The translations under genes and the position numbers were made by a program. A stretch of DNA of 64,000 nt from Parcubacteria group bacterium GW2011_GWA2_43_11 (lineage in GTDB: Bacteria; Patescibacteriota; Minisyncoccia; Phycocordibacterales; UBA12088): assembly GCA_000998805.1 (NCBI GenBank), contig LCFC01000004.1, positions 2,446-66,445 on the forward strand. Direction: 5' to 3'. This document shows, in pieces, positions 1 through 9,226 of this stretch (position 1 is its first letter; every line of letters begins with the position of its first letter). Below the pieces are notes generated by a model that had not been told where the DNA came from, did not search any database, and saw only the letters and a list, made by a program, of their open reading frames with translations.

Positions 1-724
1 TTGTCTCCATTTGTCCAAAATCAAAGTCAAAATTTGAAAAAGGAATATCTGGTTGACCCCATCGCCACCACTCAGGATGTGTACCTCCGCCGTAGACACC
101 AAAAATATCGTTACTCCATGAACCGCAATCACCAAGTCCGGTCGGTCCGCAGTCAGCCGTATTTATCTTACTCGTGACGAGGCTCAGATTGTTTGCATCC
201 ATTCTAATGACACCATTACTATGGTAGGGACCGATAATGGTGCGAGATGCTCCTGCTATTACATTCGAGTCCACTACATAAGAGTAGTCGGCCACAGTGG
301 GGCGAGCGATGCGTACCACGATAGATCGTTCGATGTCTGGGTCTGCGTAGGTGTGCCCAGTTGATGTCGCTTGAATAACCTGAACTTCTCCACAGAGGAT
401 GTCACCACCAACCTCAAGTGAAAATTCTCCAATCGGTCCCAATTCTGGATCCTCATACACATGGACATATGGACCAGGTACGCCTGTGCCGTCGGTAATA
501 TCTGAAGGAAAGTGGGAAAGACGCCATCGATAGTATTCAACTCCCGCTTCGGCTATTTGTAACGCTCGCTCTTGTTCGGTTTTTTGGTCTACCCATCGAT
601 ACTGTACGAGAAGGTATCCCAACAAACTCGAAAACAGCATCATAAATACGGACATGAATACGATACTAATTACCAGAATACTTCCTCCCATGTTTTGTTT
701 TTTTGTTGTACGGCACCAGTTCAT
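1..724 (-). CDS. PilX-like minor pilin / pilus assembly protein (3' end outside window)
   Basis: Manual translation, not in the ORF track: MNWCRTTKKQNMGGSILVISIVFMSVFMMLF...ALQIAEAGVEYYRWRL. PilX-type N-terminus directly downstream of two prepilins. Confidence 0.75.
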   Translation of the reverse strand, partial: MNWCRTTKKQNMGGSILVISIVFMSVFMMLFSSLLGYLLVQYRWVDQKTEQERALQIAEAGVEYYRWRLSHFPSDITDGTGVPGPYVHVYEDPELGPIGEFSLEVGGDILCGEVQVIQATSTGHTYADPDIERSIVVRIARPTVADYSYVVDSNVIAGASRTIIGPYHSNGVIRMDANNLSLVTSKINTADCGPTGLGDCGSWSNDIFGVYGGGTHPEWWRWGQPDIPFSNFDFDFGQMET

Positions 725-726
725 AC

Positions 727-1332
727 TTAATAGGTATCTTTAAGATTTCGAATAGAAGCGCTTGAACGCAAAGCAACTTCTGAAGTTTGAAGTCCGAAGC
801 GCGTGGATCCCACTAACTGCACTTCGACACGACGGACCTGAATTGCTTGTGAAGCAGACACTATTTCACTACTTGTGGCGGTAAAGTAGCGAAACAGCGG
901 TGTGCTTGTAGCGGCGGTATGTACGAGGTCTAGAAATGTTTCAGTGTTTGTCGGATAGCTCGATGTGGCAGTTGGTTCTATAACACCTTTTGTAAACGTA
1001 GTACCATTTAAAAAGTATCGTATTCGCTCAACATCACCGTCATAGTCGGTGTCTGAGTACAGTGTCAGTGAGCTCGTGGCGATAGCCACAATAGGAAGTG
1101 CTCCATTTTCAGCATACACTGCTGCACGTACATCGCGCACCACCTCCTGTACTCCTTTCGTTGTCTCAATAACCGCGAGTGCGCGCGAAAGTGTTCTAGC
1201 ATGGGTCGTATAGAGGTTCTGAATGGAACTGAACAGTACGGGCATAACGATGCTAATAATAGCGATTACCACAAGCATTTCCATCAAAGTGTAGCCGTTT
1301 GTGTTGGTGTGTGTTTGAGGTGTGGTACTCAT
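727..1332 (-). CDS. Type IV prepilin-like protein (minor pilin)
   Basis: Class III signal G|YTLMEMLVVIAII with Glu at +5. Confidence 0.9.
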   Translation of the reverse strand: MSTTPQTHTNTNGYTLMEMLVVIAIISIVMPVLFSSIQNLYTTHARTLSRALAVIETTKGVQEVVRDVRAAVYAENGALPIVAIATSSLTLYSDTDYDGDVERIRYFLNGTTFTKGVIEPTATSSYPTNTETFLDLVHTAATSTPLFRYFTATSSEIVSASQAIQVRRVEVQLVGSTRFGLQTSEVALRSSASIRNLKDTY

Positions 1333-1333
1333 T

Positions 1334-3298
1334 TTAGTATGAAAGGGTTACTGAAGATTCAGTTTGCCCAGAGACTGGAATGGTTGTGGCAAAGGGTGCA
1401 AATCCTGGAGCCTTGATAGATACTGCAAACGAGTCTACGCTTAATGAGGGGAAGTAGGCGATACCGCATGGTCCAGTGGAACGGACTGTATCCACACTGC
1501 CTCCAATAATATGAACTTCAGCTCTTGCGACCGCACTTCCGAGTGGACCAGTTACTTGTAGAGATAGACTGTGTGCAGTCGCAGGTATAAGAGTGAGGGT
1601 TTGCTCGAGGGCGGTATCAGGTTCAAGGACGAGTGGGAGAGAAGGACATGCCTCTGCCACATGGTAGCCTGACACAACAAGCTCGTACGTATCAAATTCC
1701 ATATCTCCTGACTGCCATTCCCCCACTGCATTCGTCTGATTTGCCGTAGTATATTTATAAATAGGATTAGAGGATGCATCGGTACCTATGGTGGTACCAC
1801 TCGTAAGAGTAAAGGGAACATTGGCAACAGGAATTACCGGCTCGTGGTAGGAGAGTGTGTACTCGTGAATTTCTGGAGTTGAAACACTGTCACTACTTGT
1901 AAGGGTAGTGACGATACGCAATGAGGAGTATAGCGTTGTATCAAGCTCGCCTAAATCTATCGGAGACGTTGTAAGACCTGTGCTGTTGTTTGGTATATCA
2001 GTATCAGGTATGAGTGCAAAAACGCCACCACCAGTATCGTACTCTATCTGAAAACTCGCTGAAGTGTTTGGTGGTGTGGTGGCATCGTATGAGAACAAGA
2101 GCCACTCACCAAGTGATGCGGGAGATATGGGAGTAGAAATACTGACACCTGAAGCGCTGTAGCTTCCTGCAACCCCTCCAAGGGTGAGTGCTCCCCCAGC
2201 TACCTGTGTATCAGTGAGCAAGCTCAATTGTGAGGTATCGCTCATGGTATCAAAGAATCGTCCGCGGACTGGCCATAAGCGTGTTAGTAGGTCAATTGAA
2301 GAAAGTAAATCAATCTTAAAGAAAACCTCAGTGATGCTGTTTTCAGCTACGTTGTAGGGTGAAGGTGTTGGATTAGGGTTAGAGCCATCTGAGATATAGG
2401 TTTGTGCACTTGAATAACCATTCTTACTGATATATATCTCGTACCCTCCCCCTGCCCATGCGCCAGGGAAGGAAATAGTTCCACTTGCATTGGTAAATGT
2501 AGAAATATCGACTGATGTAGCAACAGTCGTGTTGAGTAAATGGATTGAAGCTGTAGGTACAGGGTCGTTTGTAGCATCAACAACGTTAATCCGCAGAATT
2601 CCTGCGCCTGCAAGTGATTCTTGAGATTTAGGTGCCATGGTGGTAACTAGAGAAAAAGTCTGAGTGGTTCCACGAAACTCATATCCTATTTCAACCTTTA
2701 CTCGCTTATAGTCAGCAGTGAGGGTGTCAGCTGCTCCTAACCCGTCCGCTGGATCATCGACATATTGGATGAAGGTACGTCGCGTGTATGCGTGGTTACC
2801 ATACGTGATAGTTACCAGTTGCGGTATGGTACCTGAAGGGAGGCCTGCGACTGTACCGATAGAATCAAAAGGAAGGGCTCGAATAACTTCGATGTGTTCA
2901 TTGGCGAGCATGAGTGCATTTGCGCGTAAGCGATTTCGTTCAGCAAAGGTGAGCATGGCTTGAAACGAAGCAAACAAGGTCACAAACACCATTGAGATAA
3001 TTGAAATACCTATAAGCATCTCTACAAGGGATATACCTTTTGTGTTATAGGACTTATGCAAACGGTGTACTACAAGAGCACCACAGGAGTACTTCATTTT
3101 TCTAATTCGTTCCTCATAAGAAAAATTGGTCGCATTACTATTTTTATAGTCGCTACGCTCCTTAAAAATATGTCTTATTTCATCGTTGCTCGTCACAAAA
3201 TGTCTCTCGTAGTATTGTTCATACAGCTCGTTCCATTTTGTTAGAGCACCTCGAACTACACTCGTTTGCGTAAGTCCCATGTTATTTTGTGTGGCCAT
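1334..3298 (-). CDS. Large type IV prepilin-like protein with beta-sandwich (carboxypeptidase-regulatory-like) domains; leader expanded by an in-frame MITE
   Basis: G|ISLVEMLIGISII motif at about residue 88; Ser/Thr-rich C-terminal region; pil operon context. Confidence 0.85.
   Translation of the reverse strand: MATQNNMGLTQTSVVRGALTKWNELYEQYYERHFVTSNDEIRHIFKERSDYKNSNATNFSYEERIRKMKYSCGALVVHRLHKSYNTKGISLVEMLIGISIISMVFVTLFASFQAMLTFAERNRLRANALMLANEHIEVIRALPFDSIGTVAGLPSGTIPQLVTITYGNHAYTRRTFIQYVDDPADGLGAADTLTADYKRVKVEIGYEFRGTTQTFSLVTTMAPKSQESLAGAGILRINVVDATNDPVPTASIHLLNTTVATSVDISTFTNASGTISFPGAWAGGGYEIYISKNGYSSAQTYISDGSNPNPTPSPYNVAENSITEVFFKIDLLSSIDLLTRLWPVRGRFFDTMSDTSQLSLLTDTQVAGGALTLGGVAGSYSASGVSISTPISPASLGEWLLFSYDATTPPNTSASFQIEYDTGGGVFALIPDTDIPNNSTGLTTSPIDLGELDTTLYSSLRIVTTLTSSDSVSTPEIHEYTLSYHEPVIPVANVPFTLTSGTTIGTDASSNPIYKYTTANQTNAVGEWQSGDMEFDTYELVVSGYHVAEACPSLPLVLEPDTALEQTLTLIPATAHSLSLQVTGPLGSAVARAEVHIIGGSVDTVRSTGPCGIAYFPSLSVDSFAVSIKAPGFAPFATTIPVSGQTESSVTLSY
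3048..3279. mobile_element. MITE family A (composite, 232 bp) inside the prepilin leader
   Basis: Imperfect TIRs TAGGACTTATGCAAACG ... CGTTTGCGTAAGTCCCA; flanked by direct repeat TGTTA (3043-3047, 3280-3284); internal modules match the 8972 and 13727 copies. Confidence 0.85.
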
Positions 3299-3314
3299 GT
3301 GTTTTGTATGGATA

Positions 3315-4538
3315 CTACTGGATACTCGCGGTGATGCCGTAGATAGGGCTAATCATTGAAACTGCGAAGAAACCTACTGCCGCACCAACAATGAGCATTA
3401 AAAACGGTTCGATAATAGTAGACATGTTTTTTGTCTTCTGATCTACTTCGTTTTCATAAAAAGTTGCTATTTGGTGAAGCATATCGGGTAGAGAACCGGT
3501 TTCTTCGCCGACAGCGATGAGTTCACCGACTAGAGGTGGGTATATTTTTTCTGCCTCAATAAACACTTTGGCAAGTGCTTGACCTTTTTCAACTTCCGTT
3601 TGTGCCGCCAACAAAACATCTTTGTAGTAACTGTTCTGGAGTACGTTTCGGGTAATTTCTATAGATGTGAGCATGTTAACCCCCGATGAGAGAAGTGATG
3701 AAAGGGTACGTCCGGTACGAGCACTGTTTGTTTCTTTCATGATAGTACCTAGTACGGGGATATGGAGAAAGATTGTTTCAAAAGTGCGTTTTCCATACGA
3801 TGTTCGCATAGCTGCCATAAAAAAAGCAACCAAACCAACTAGTGATAGCAGTGCGAGAAGTGTGTGTGCCACCAGGAAGTCGCTTAAAAATATAACCACC
3901 CGTGTACTCATGGGGAGCTCAACTTCCATACTCTTGAATGTTTCAGTGAGTGTTGGAACTATAAAAATCATCATGAGTGTTCCTACGGTTCCAAGCACAA
4001 AGACAATAACAGAAGGATAAATCATTGCACCACGTACTTTTTTCTTCAGTGAGTACACACGGTCTAATTGTTCCGAAATAGTAAGCAAACTTTCCGCAAG
4101 TGTTCCTGCTTCTTCTCCTGAAGCAACCATTGAAACGACGAGATTGGAAAATACCTTTGGATATTTCTCCATTGCACCTGAAAGAGAGCTACCTTGTTGA
4201 ATGGAATTCGAAACACCCTGTAGTACCTCTTTGAGTTTTGGTTTTTTTGTTTGACGCTCAAGTACCGAGAGGGCGCGTGAAAGAGCCAATCCCGCTTTGA
4301 GCATTGCACCGAGATTGCGCGTAAGCATAATCTTATCGTTTTCCTTTATACGAAGAAAAAAAGACAGAAGATTAAATTCAAAAAGAGACGCGTGTTCCTT
4401 AATTTCTTTTATCGTCAGTATTTGTGCATTATCTTTACGCACTACATCATAGACTTTGAAGCGGTCTTTTGCTTCAAGTTTGGCTTCGTACGGCTCACTT
4501 TCACCTTTGCGTAATGCTTTGTATAGGTAGAGTGGCAT
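3315..4538 (-). CDS. pilC: Type IV pilus platform protein (PilC/GspF family)
   Basis: RNLGAMLKAGL, ASGEEAGTL, GAMIYP, AVGEETGSL and IIEP motifs; several TM segments. Confidence 0.92.
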   Translation of the reverse strand: MPLYLYKALRKGESEPYEAKLEAKDRFKVYDVVRKDNAQILTIKEIKEHASLFEFNLLSFFLRIKENDKIMLTRNLGAMLKAGLALSRALSVLERQTKKPKLKEVLQGVSNSIQQGSSLSGAMEKYPKVFSNLVVSMVASGEEAGTLAESLLTISEQLDRVYSLKKKVRGAMIYPSVIVFVLGTVGTLMMIFIVPTLTETFKSMEVELPMSTRVVIFLSDFLVAHTLLALLSLVGLVAFFMAAMRTSYGKRTFETIFLHIPVLGTIMKETNSARTGRTLSSLLSSGVNMLTSIEITRNVLQNSYYKDVLLAAQTEVEKGQALAKVFIEAEKIYPPLVGELIAVGEETGSLPDMLHQIATFYENEVDQKTKNMSTIIEPFLMLIVGAAVGFFAVSMISPIYGITASIQ

Positions 4539-4542
4539 GGTG

Positions 4543-6291
4543 TTAGTCGCTGATAACGCGCAGTACTTCTTCTATAGTAGTGCCTCCTTGGACTGCTTTA
4601 AAGAATCCATCTTCAGCCATGGTGAGCATACCCTCAGAGCGTGCTTGTGCTTCTATTTTGTCGCTTGATGCCTGTTTGATGATGAGCTCGTTGATAGCAG
4701 ATGAAACCATCAGTACTTCGTTGATAACCATGCGACCTTTGTATCCATCAGGAGCTTCATCACTTGGAAGTGGTTTTGAAAATACCAAATCTTCAATTCC
4801 ATCCGTTTCTTTAATAACATGTTCATCACGAAGTGTTGTAAGTAATTTTTCAAAATCAATAACTTTTTTGAGCGAAACAATTTCTTCTTTTGAAAGTTTG
4901 TAAGATTCTTTTTGCCCATAAAGTCTTCGTACTAGTCGCTGTCCAATAATGACGCGGATAGTGCTTGAAAGTAAGAAAGGTTCAACCCCCATGTCCATAA
5001 GGCGAGGAATAGCTCCCGCGGCACTGTTGGTGTGTAACGTGGAAAGTACTAAGTGTCCCGTGAGAGATGCGTTCACTGCGAGAGATGCGGTCTCACTATC
5101 GCGAATTTCTCCTACCATGATAATGTCAGGGTCTTGGCGCACGAGAGCACGGAGACCCCGGGCAAAGGTAAAATCAATTTCCGGACGAACTTGTGTTTGG
5201 TTGATGCGTGCCATCTGGTACTCGATAGGATCTTCAATGGTAGAAATATTTACATCGGGAATATTTAAGAGATCGAGTATTGTATACAGTGTTGTAGTTT
5301 TTCCAGAACCTGTTGGCCCAGAGGTAAGAATCATACCGGTTGTTTGTTTCATGGCATGATGCAAACGTTCCAGTCCTTCACCATGGAAACCAAGTCCTTC
5401 TAAAGAATAGCCTCCGCCATTTTCTCGAAGGAGACGCATAACGGTTTTTTCTCCGTAGTACGTAGGAAGGAGTGAGACACGAAAGGATACTTTTTCGTTA
5501 TCGACTGCCATTTTGAAGCGACCGTCCTGTGGTAAGCGTTTTTCATCAAGTTTTAGGTTGGAAAGAACTTTGATTCTTGCAGTGATAGAAGCTGCGGTGT
5601 TTTTGGGCAAGGTCATAGCATCATGTAATAAGCCGTCTATCCTATACCGGACTAGAACTTCGTTTTCCATGGGCTCAATGTGGATATCTGATGCATTTTG
5701 AATGATGGCGTGTTTGAGAAGTGCGTTGACTACGCGAACAACAGGTACATCCTCTGCCAATTTCTTTAAGTCAGACTCAGAAACACCATCTTCTTCCTCA
5801 GAGAGTATGCTAATAGAGGCACTCTCGCGCTTGATAAGGTCACCAAATTCGTCTTTGAGTGTTTTTTGATATTGCAGTAGAGCATGTTTGATACTTTCTG
5901 CGTCGGTGAGACGAGGTAGGATTTTTAAGCCGACCTTCTTTTTAATAAATTCAATCGCTTGGAGGTCCTCAACATCAAGCATTGCCACCTCAAGCTCTCG
6001 GTCACTTTTCTTAAAGGCGATAATGTTGTGTGTACGTGCAATCGGTTCTGGAATCATGGAAAGCACTTCAAAGCCGATTTTTTCGTTGGCGAGATTAATG
6101 AACGGGACACCAAGGACGTATGCATGCATACGTCGTAAATCATCTTCGGATATATTGCCTTTTGAAACGAGAATTTCTTCGGGTGTGGTTTTTTTCTCCT
6201 CAGCTTCTTTTTCCGCATTGGTGTAGACAGCGCGTGACACGAGACCCGAGTCAAGAATGAAGTTCTTTAGTTGTGAACTTGATGTTTTCAC
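4543..6291 (-). CDS. pilB: Type IV pilus assembly ATPase (PilB/GspE family)
   Basis: ASDIHIEP, RLPQDGR, Walker A GPTGSGKTT, TIEDPIE, RQDPDIIMVGEIRD, TGHLVLSTLH. Likely GTG start at 6291 (ORF track begins at 6327). Confidence 0.93.
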   Translation of the reverse strand: MKTSSSQLKNFILDSGLVSRAVYTNAEKEAEEKKTTPEEILVSKGNISEDDLRRMHAYVLGVPFINLANEKIGFEVLSMIPEPIARTHNIIAFKKSDRELEVAMLDVEDLQAIEFIKKKVGLKILPRLTDAESIKHALLQYQKTLKDEFGDLIKRESASISILSEEEDGVSESDLKKLAEDVPVVRVVNALLKHAIIQNASDIHIEPMENEVLVRYRIDGLLHDAMTLPKNTAASITARIKVLSNLKLDEKRLPQDGRFKMAVDNEKVSFRVSLLPTYYGEKTVMRLLRENGGGYSLEGLGFHGEGLERLHHAMKQTTGMILTSGPTGSGKTTTLYTILDLLNIPDVNISTIEDPIEYQMARINQTQVRPEIDFTFARGLRALVRQDPDIIMVGEIRDSETASLAVNASLTGHLVLSTLHTNSAAGAIPRLMDMGVEPFLLSSTIRVIIGQRLVRRLYGQKESYKLSKEEIVSLKKVIDFEKLLTTLRDEHVIKETDGIEDLVFSKPLPSDEAPDGYKGRMVINEVLMVSSAINELIIKQASSDKIEAQARSEGMLTMAEDGFFKAVQGGTTIEEVLRVISD

Positions 6292-6397
6292 AAAGTACCA
6301 GCGTTCAGGTAGCACACAGCTCCCCAAGTACTATGTATTGTATCAGGACTACGTGCATTAGGTGCATATGTTTTCAACAAGTGACGAGTAAAATAAG

Positions 6398-6570
6398 TTT
6401 CTAGTTCACAGTTCCTAGTTCTCCCCGCCACGGCGGGGTGAAGAAAGAAAGACGAAAAGAAACATGGATTGATTTCCTCCTTCGATTCCTACACCGGAGC
6501 TTCCTCCTTCGCTCCTTCCTAAGCTGAAGCTACGAAGGACAAGAAAGCTTCGGCGGGACGAGACGGCAGG
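6398..6570. repeat. Cluster of heptamer repeats and nested short palindromic modules
   Basis: GTTTCTAGTTCACAGTTCCTAGTTCT (inverted partner at 6827-6845, related copy at 13924); CCCCGCCACGGCGGGG; nested ...AAGCTACGAAGGACAAG / AAGCTTCGGCGGGACGAG modules. Confidence 0.6.
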
Positions 6571-6609
6571 GCGAGGCGCAATGATGCGTATTTTAAAGGT
6601 TTTTAAGAA

Positions 6610-6826
6610 TATTGGTGGTCGTTTGTTCAGTACCAACTATGTCGGACCTAACGACTTCTGGCGCAGTCGCGGTGGTTTCGCGTTCGTCGTTCCGCAAGTT
6701 GGTCTTAAGATTTAAGACTCCTTGGCACGATTCGTTAAGGACTTCGGTTCTTTGCAAATTTCAGTCCTTTTTGACCATTGTGTAGCCCTGCATTCAATTC
6801 ATTCTGGATGCAGGGCGCATTTTTTT
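6610..6826 (+). ncRNA. Candidate multi-stem structured RNA ending in an intrinsic terminator (family not recognised)
   Basis: Nested complementary segments 6613-6621/6772-6780, 6632-6638/6697-6703, 6650-6655/6686-6691 and 6737-6743/6763-6769, then a GC hairpin 6785-6816 and a T7 tract. Confidence 0.35.
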
Positions 6827-6971
6827 AGAACTAGGAACAAGGAACTTTTACCCTTCGACAAGCTCGGTACAGGGCGTACTTTCAACCCCAGTACCAAAGT
6901 CATGCGTGACTTGGTACGGGGCACGCTTTATGAACTCTATAACTTTTAACTTGTGCCCCCGCGGGGCGAGT

Positions 6972-6999
6972 TTGACATGAGCATTCCCTATGGTACTCT
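6972..6999 (+). promoter_or_regulatory. Sigma70-type promoter of nusA
   Basis: TTGACA-16 nt-TACTCT with TG extension; leader hairpin plus T tract at about 7011-7035. Confidence 0.55.
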
Positions 7000-7069
7000 T
7001 TACGTATCTGAAATGTCCCTGAGGGGGCACTTTTTATTATAAACAGTAGGACGTACACAAAAGGATGCA

Positions 7070-8398
7070 GTTCTAGATCTAAAAGTAATAAACAGCGTTC
7101 TCAGCGAGCTTGAAGAGGATCGAGGTATTCCTCGTGAAAGCGTTATTGAGGCTATCGGAACATCACTCGCAACTGCCTACAAAAAAGAGTACGGCAGGAG
7201 GGGGCAGGTAATTCGCGCAAAATTTGATATGGCTACCGGAACAACTGAATTTTTTCAGGTGAAATTTGTCGTGGATGACACACGTGTGTGGTTTCCTACA
7301 GAAACAGAAGAAGGTAAGGAAGAGGGTGAAAATCACGAACGTGCAGTAGACCCGAACGCTCCGGTTTCTGAAGAAGATGAACGAGTGCGCTATGACTCTG
7401 AGAAGCACATGCTCCTCGAAGATGCTCGTCGTATCAAAAAAGACGTACAGGTTGATGATGAAATGATTTTCCCGCTCGAAACGCATGAAGATTTTGGACG
7501 TATCGCTGCGCAGACCGCGAAGCAGGTGATTATTCAAAAGATTCGAGAAGCGGAAAAGGTTTCTATTTTAGGTGAATTTGAAGGTCGTGAGGGTGAAATT
7601 GTTTCTGGTTCGGTCCAGCGAGTTGAACGAGGAAACATCTTCCTAGATTTAGGACGTACCCAAGCCATCATGCCTTATGACGAGCAAATCCCAGGTGAGC
7701 GGTTCCGACAGGGAGAGCGCGTACGTGCATACCTATATTCAGTAGAGGAGGGTCCTCGTGGTGTAATGATACGTGTTTCAAGGAGCCATCCTCGTTTCTT
7801 GATGAAACTTTTTGAAATTGAAGCACCTGAACTTGCAGGAGGATTGATTGAAATCAAAGCTATTGCTCGTGAACCAGGTAGTCGTTCGAAGATAGCAGTA
7901 CATGCTGTAGACGATCATGTGGATCCGGTAGGTGCACTCGTTGGTCAAAGAGGTGTGCGAGTATCGACCGTCATGAGTGAGCTTGGAGGTGAAAAGATAG
8001 ATATTATTGAATGGTCTGAAGAACAGGCACATTTTATAGAAGATGCGCTCTCACCTGCAAAAGTCCTTGATGTCGTAATAGATGAAGAAGAGCACCGCGC
8101 TACGGTGGAAGTGGTGGAAGATCAGCAGTCACTCGCTATAGGCAGGGGAGGTCAAAACGTCCGTCTTGCCGCGAAGCTTACTGGATGGAGGATTGATATT
8201 CACTCTATGCAAGGAGAGAGTACAGCTGAAGCAACTGATGATGAAAGTGATGCAGTATCCGAAATAGATGAAGAAGTAGGGCTTGTTGAAAACGATGTGG
8301 TAGATGATGCTGCACTATCTGCCGAAGAAGGTCTAAAGAATGATGCTGTAGAAGAGACCGAGGTTGACACTAAGGAAGGTGTTTCAGATAAGGAATAA
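7070..8398 (+). CDS. nusA: Transcription elongation factor NusA (no canonical start codon at the expected N-terminus)
   Basis: FGRIAAQTAKQVIIQKIREAE, S1 and KH domains, AIGRGGQNVRLAAKLTG. NusA-like frame extends upstream of ATG 7229 to (V)LDLKVINSVLSELEEDRGI. Confidence 0.95.
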   Translation, partial: VLDLKVINSVLSELEEDRGIPRESVIEAIGTSLATAYKKEYGRRGQVIRAKFDMATGTTEFFQVKFVVDDTRVWFPTETEEGKEEGENHERAVDPNAPVSEEDERVRYDSEKHMLLEDARRIKKDVQVDDEMIFPLETHEDFGRIAAQTAKQVIIQKIREAEKVSILGEFEGREGEIVSGSVQRVERGNIFLDLGRTQAIMPYDEQIPGERFRQGERVRAYLYSVEEGPRGVMIRVSRSHPRFLMKLFEIEAPELAGGLIEIKAIAREPGSRSKIAVHAVDDHVDPVGALVGQRGVRVSTVMSELGGEKIDIIEWSEEQAHFIEDALSPAKVLDVVIDEEEHRATVEVVEDQQSLAIGRGGQNVRLAAKLTGWRIDIHSMQGESTAEATDDESDAVSEIDEEVGLVENDVVDDAALSAEEGLKNDAVEETEVDTKEGVSDKE

Positions 8399-8434
8399 TT
8401 TTTGTTGTTTATTATAAGTAATAATAATAAATGT

Positions 8435-8971
8435 ATGAATATATGGCACGACGTACCACTAGGTAAAAATGCTCCGGAGAGCATCAATACTATTATCGAA
8501 ATACCCAAGGGGTCATTTAACAAGTACGAGATTGACAAAGAAACAGGGCTTATAGCACTTGACCGTGCAAACTATACAGCTGCTCCGTATCCATTTGATT
8601 ATGGATTTGCTCCACAGACGTACTGGGAAGACAATGACCCTCTTGATGTCATAGTCCTCACCTCATTTCCCTTGAGTCCGGGGATTTTGGTCCGGGTACG
8701 TCCTGTTGCTGTACTTGATATGATAGATGACGGTGATTCAGACATGAAGGTAATAGCTGTACCTGCAGATGACAAACGATGGGATGATGTGAACGATCTT
8801 CAAGATTTAAACAAGCATGCGCTCAAGGAGTACGAACATTTTTTCCAGACGTATAAAAGCCTCAAAGGTAAACCAGCTCCTGTGGAAACTCGTGGGTACA
8901 AGGGAAGAAAAGAAACACTTGAGATAATCAACAGAAGCGTTGAACTGTACAAAGAAAAATTTGGCAAATAG
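8435..8971 (+). CDS. ppa: Inorganic pyrophosphatase, family I
   Basis: IEIPKGSFNKYE, YPFDYG, DNDPLDV motifs. Confidence 0.95.
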   Translation: MNIWHDVPLGKNAPESINTIIEIPKGSFNKYEIDKETGLIALDRANYTAAPYPFDYGFAPQTYWEDNDPLDVIVLTSFPLSPGILVRVRPVAVLDMIDDGDSDMKVIAVPADDKRWDDVNDLQDLNKHALKEYEHFFQTYKSLKGKPAPVETRGYKGRKETLEIINRSVELYKEKFGK

Positions 8972-9090
8972 TAGTATCTACGGAAACGGCGCACCACAGA
9001 AGTATTTCATTTTTCTAATTCTCCGCCTTCGCCAGATGGCGAATGGCAAATCATAAGAAAAATTGGTCGCATCCGTTTGCGTAGATACTA
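8972..9090. mobile_element. MITE family A copy (119 bp) immediately after the ppa stop
   Basis: TIRs TAGTATCTACGGAAACGG ... CCGTTTGCGTAGATACTA. Confidence 0.8.
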
Positions 9091-9226
9091 TAACGAAAAA
9101 GAATGCAGTATATTTTTTTCAACAAACACACCTCTCTATCCCAAGAGAGGTGTGTCTTGGTATACTTTATCTGACGGCACATGAGAGAGCTGTAATGTTT
9201 ACTCAATATTCTTAACTCGTTATTGT

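Noticed and set aside
274-540. 88-aa minus-strand ORF from the track
   Set aside because: Alternative frame within the PilX-like gene running off the window edge.
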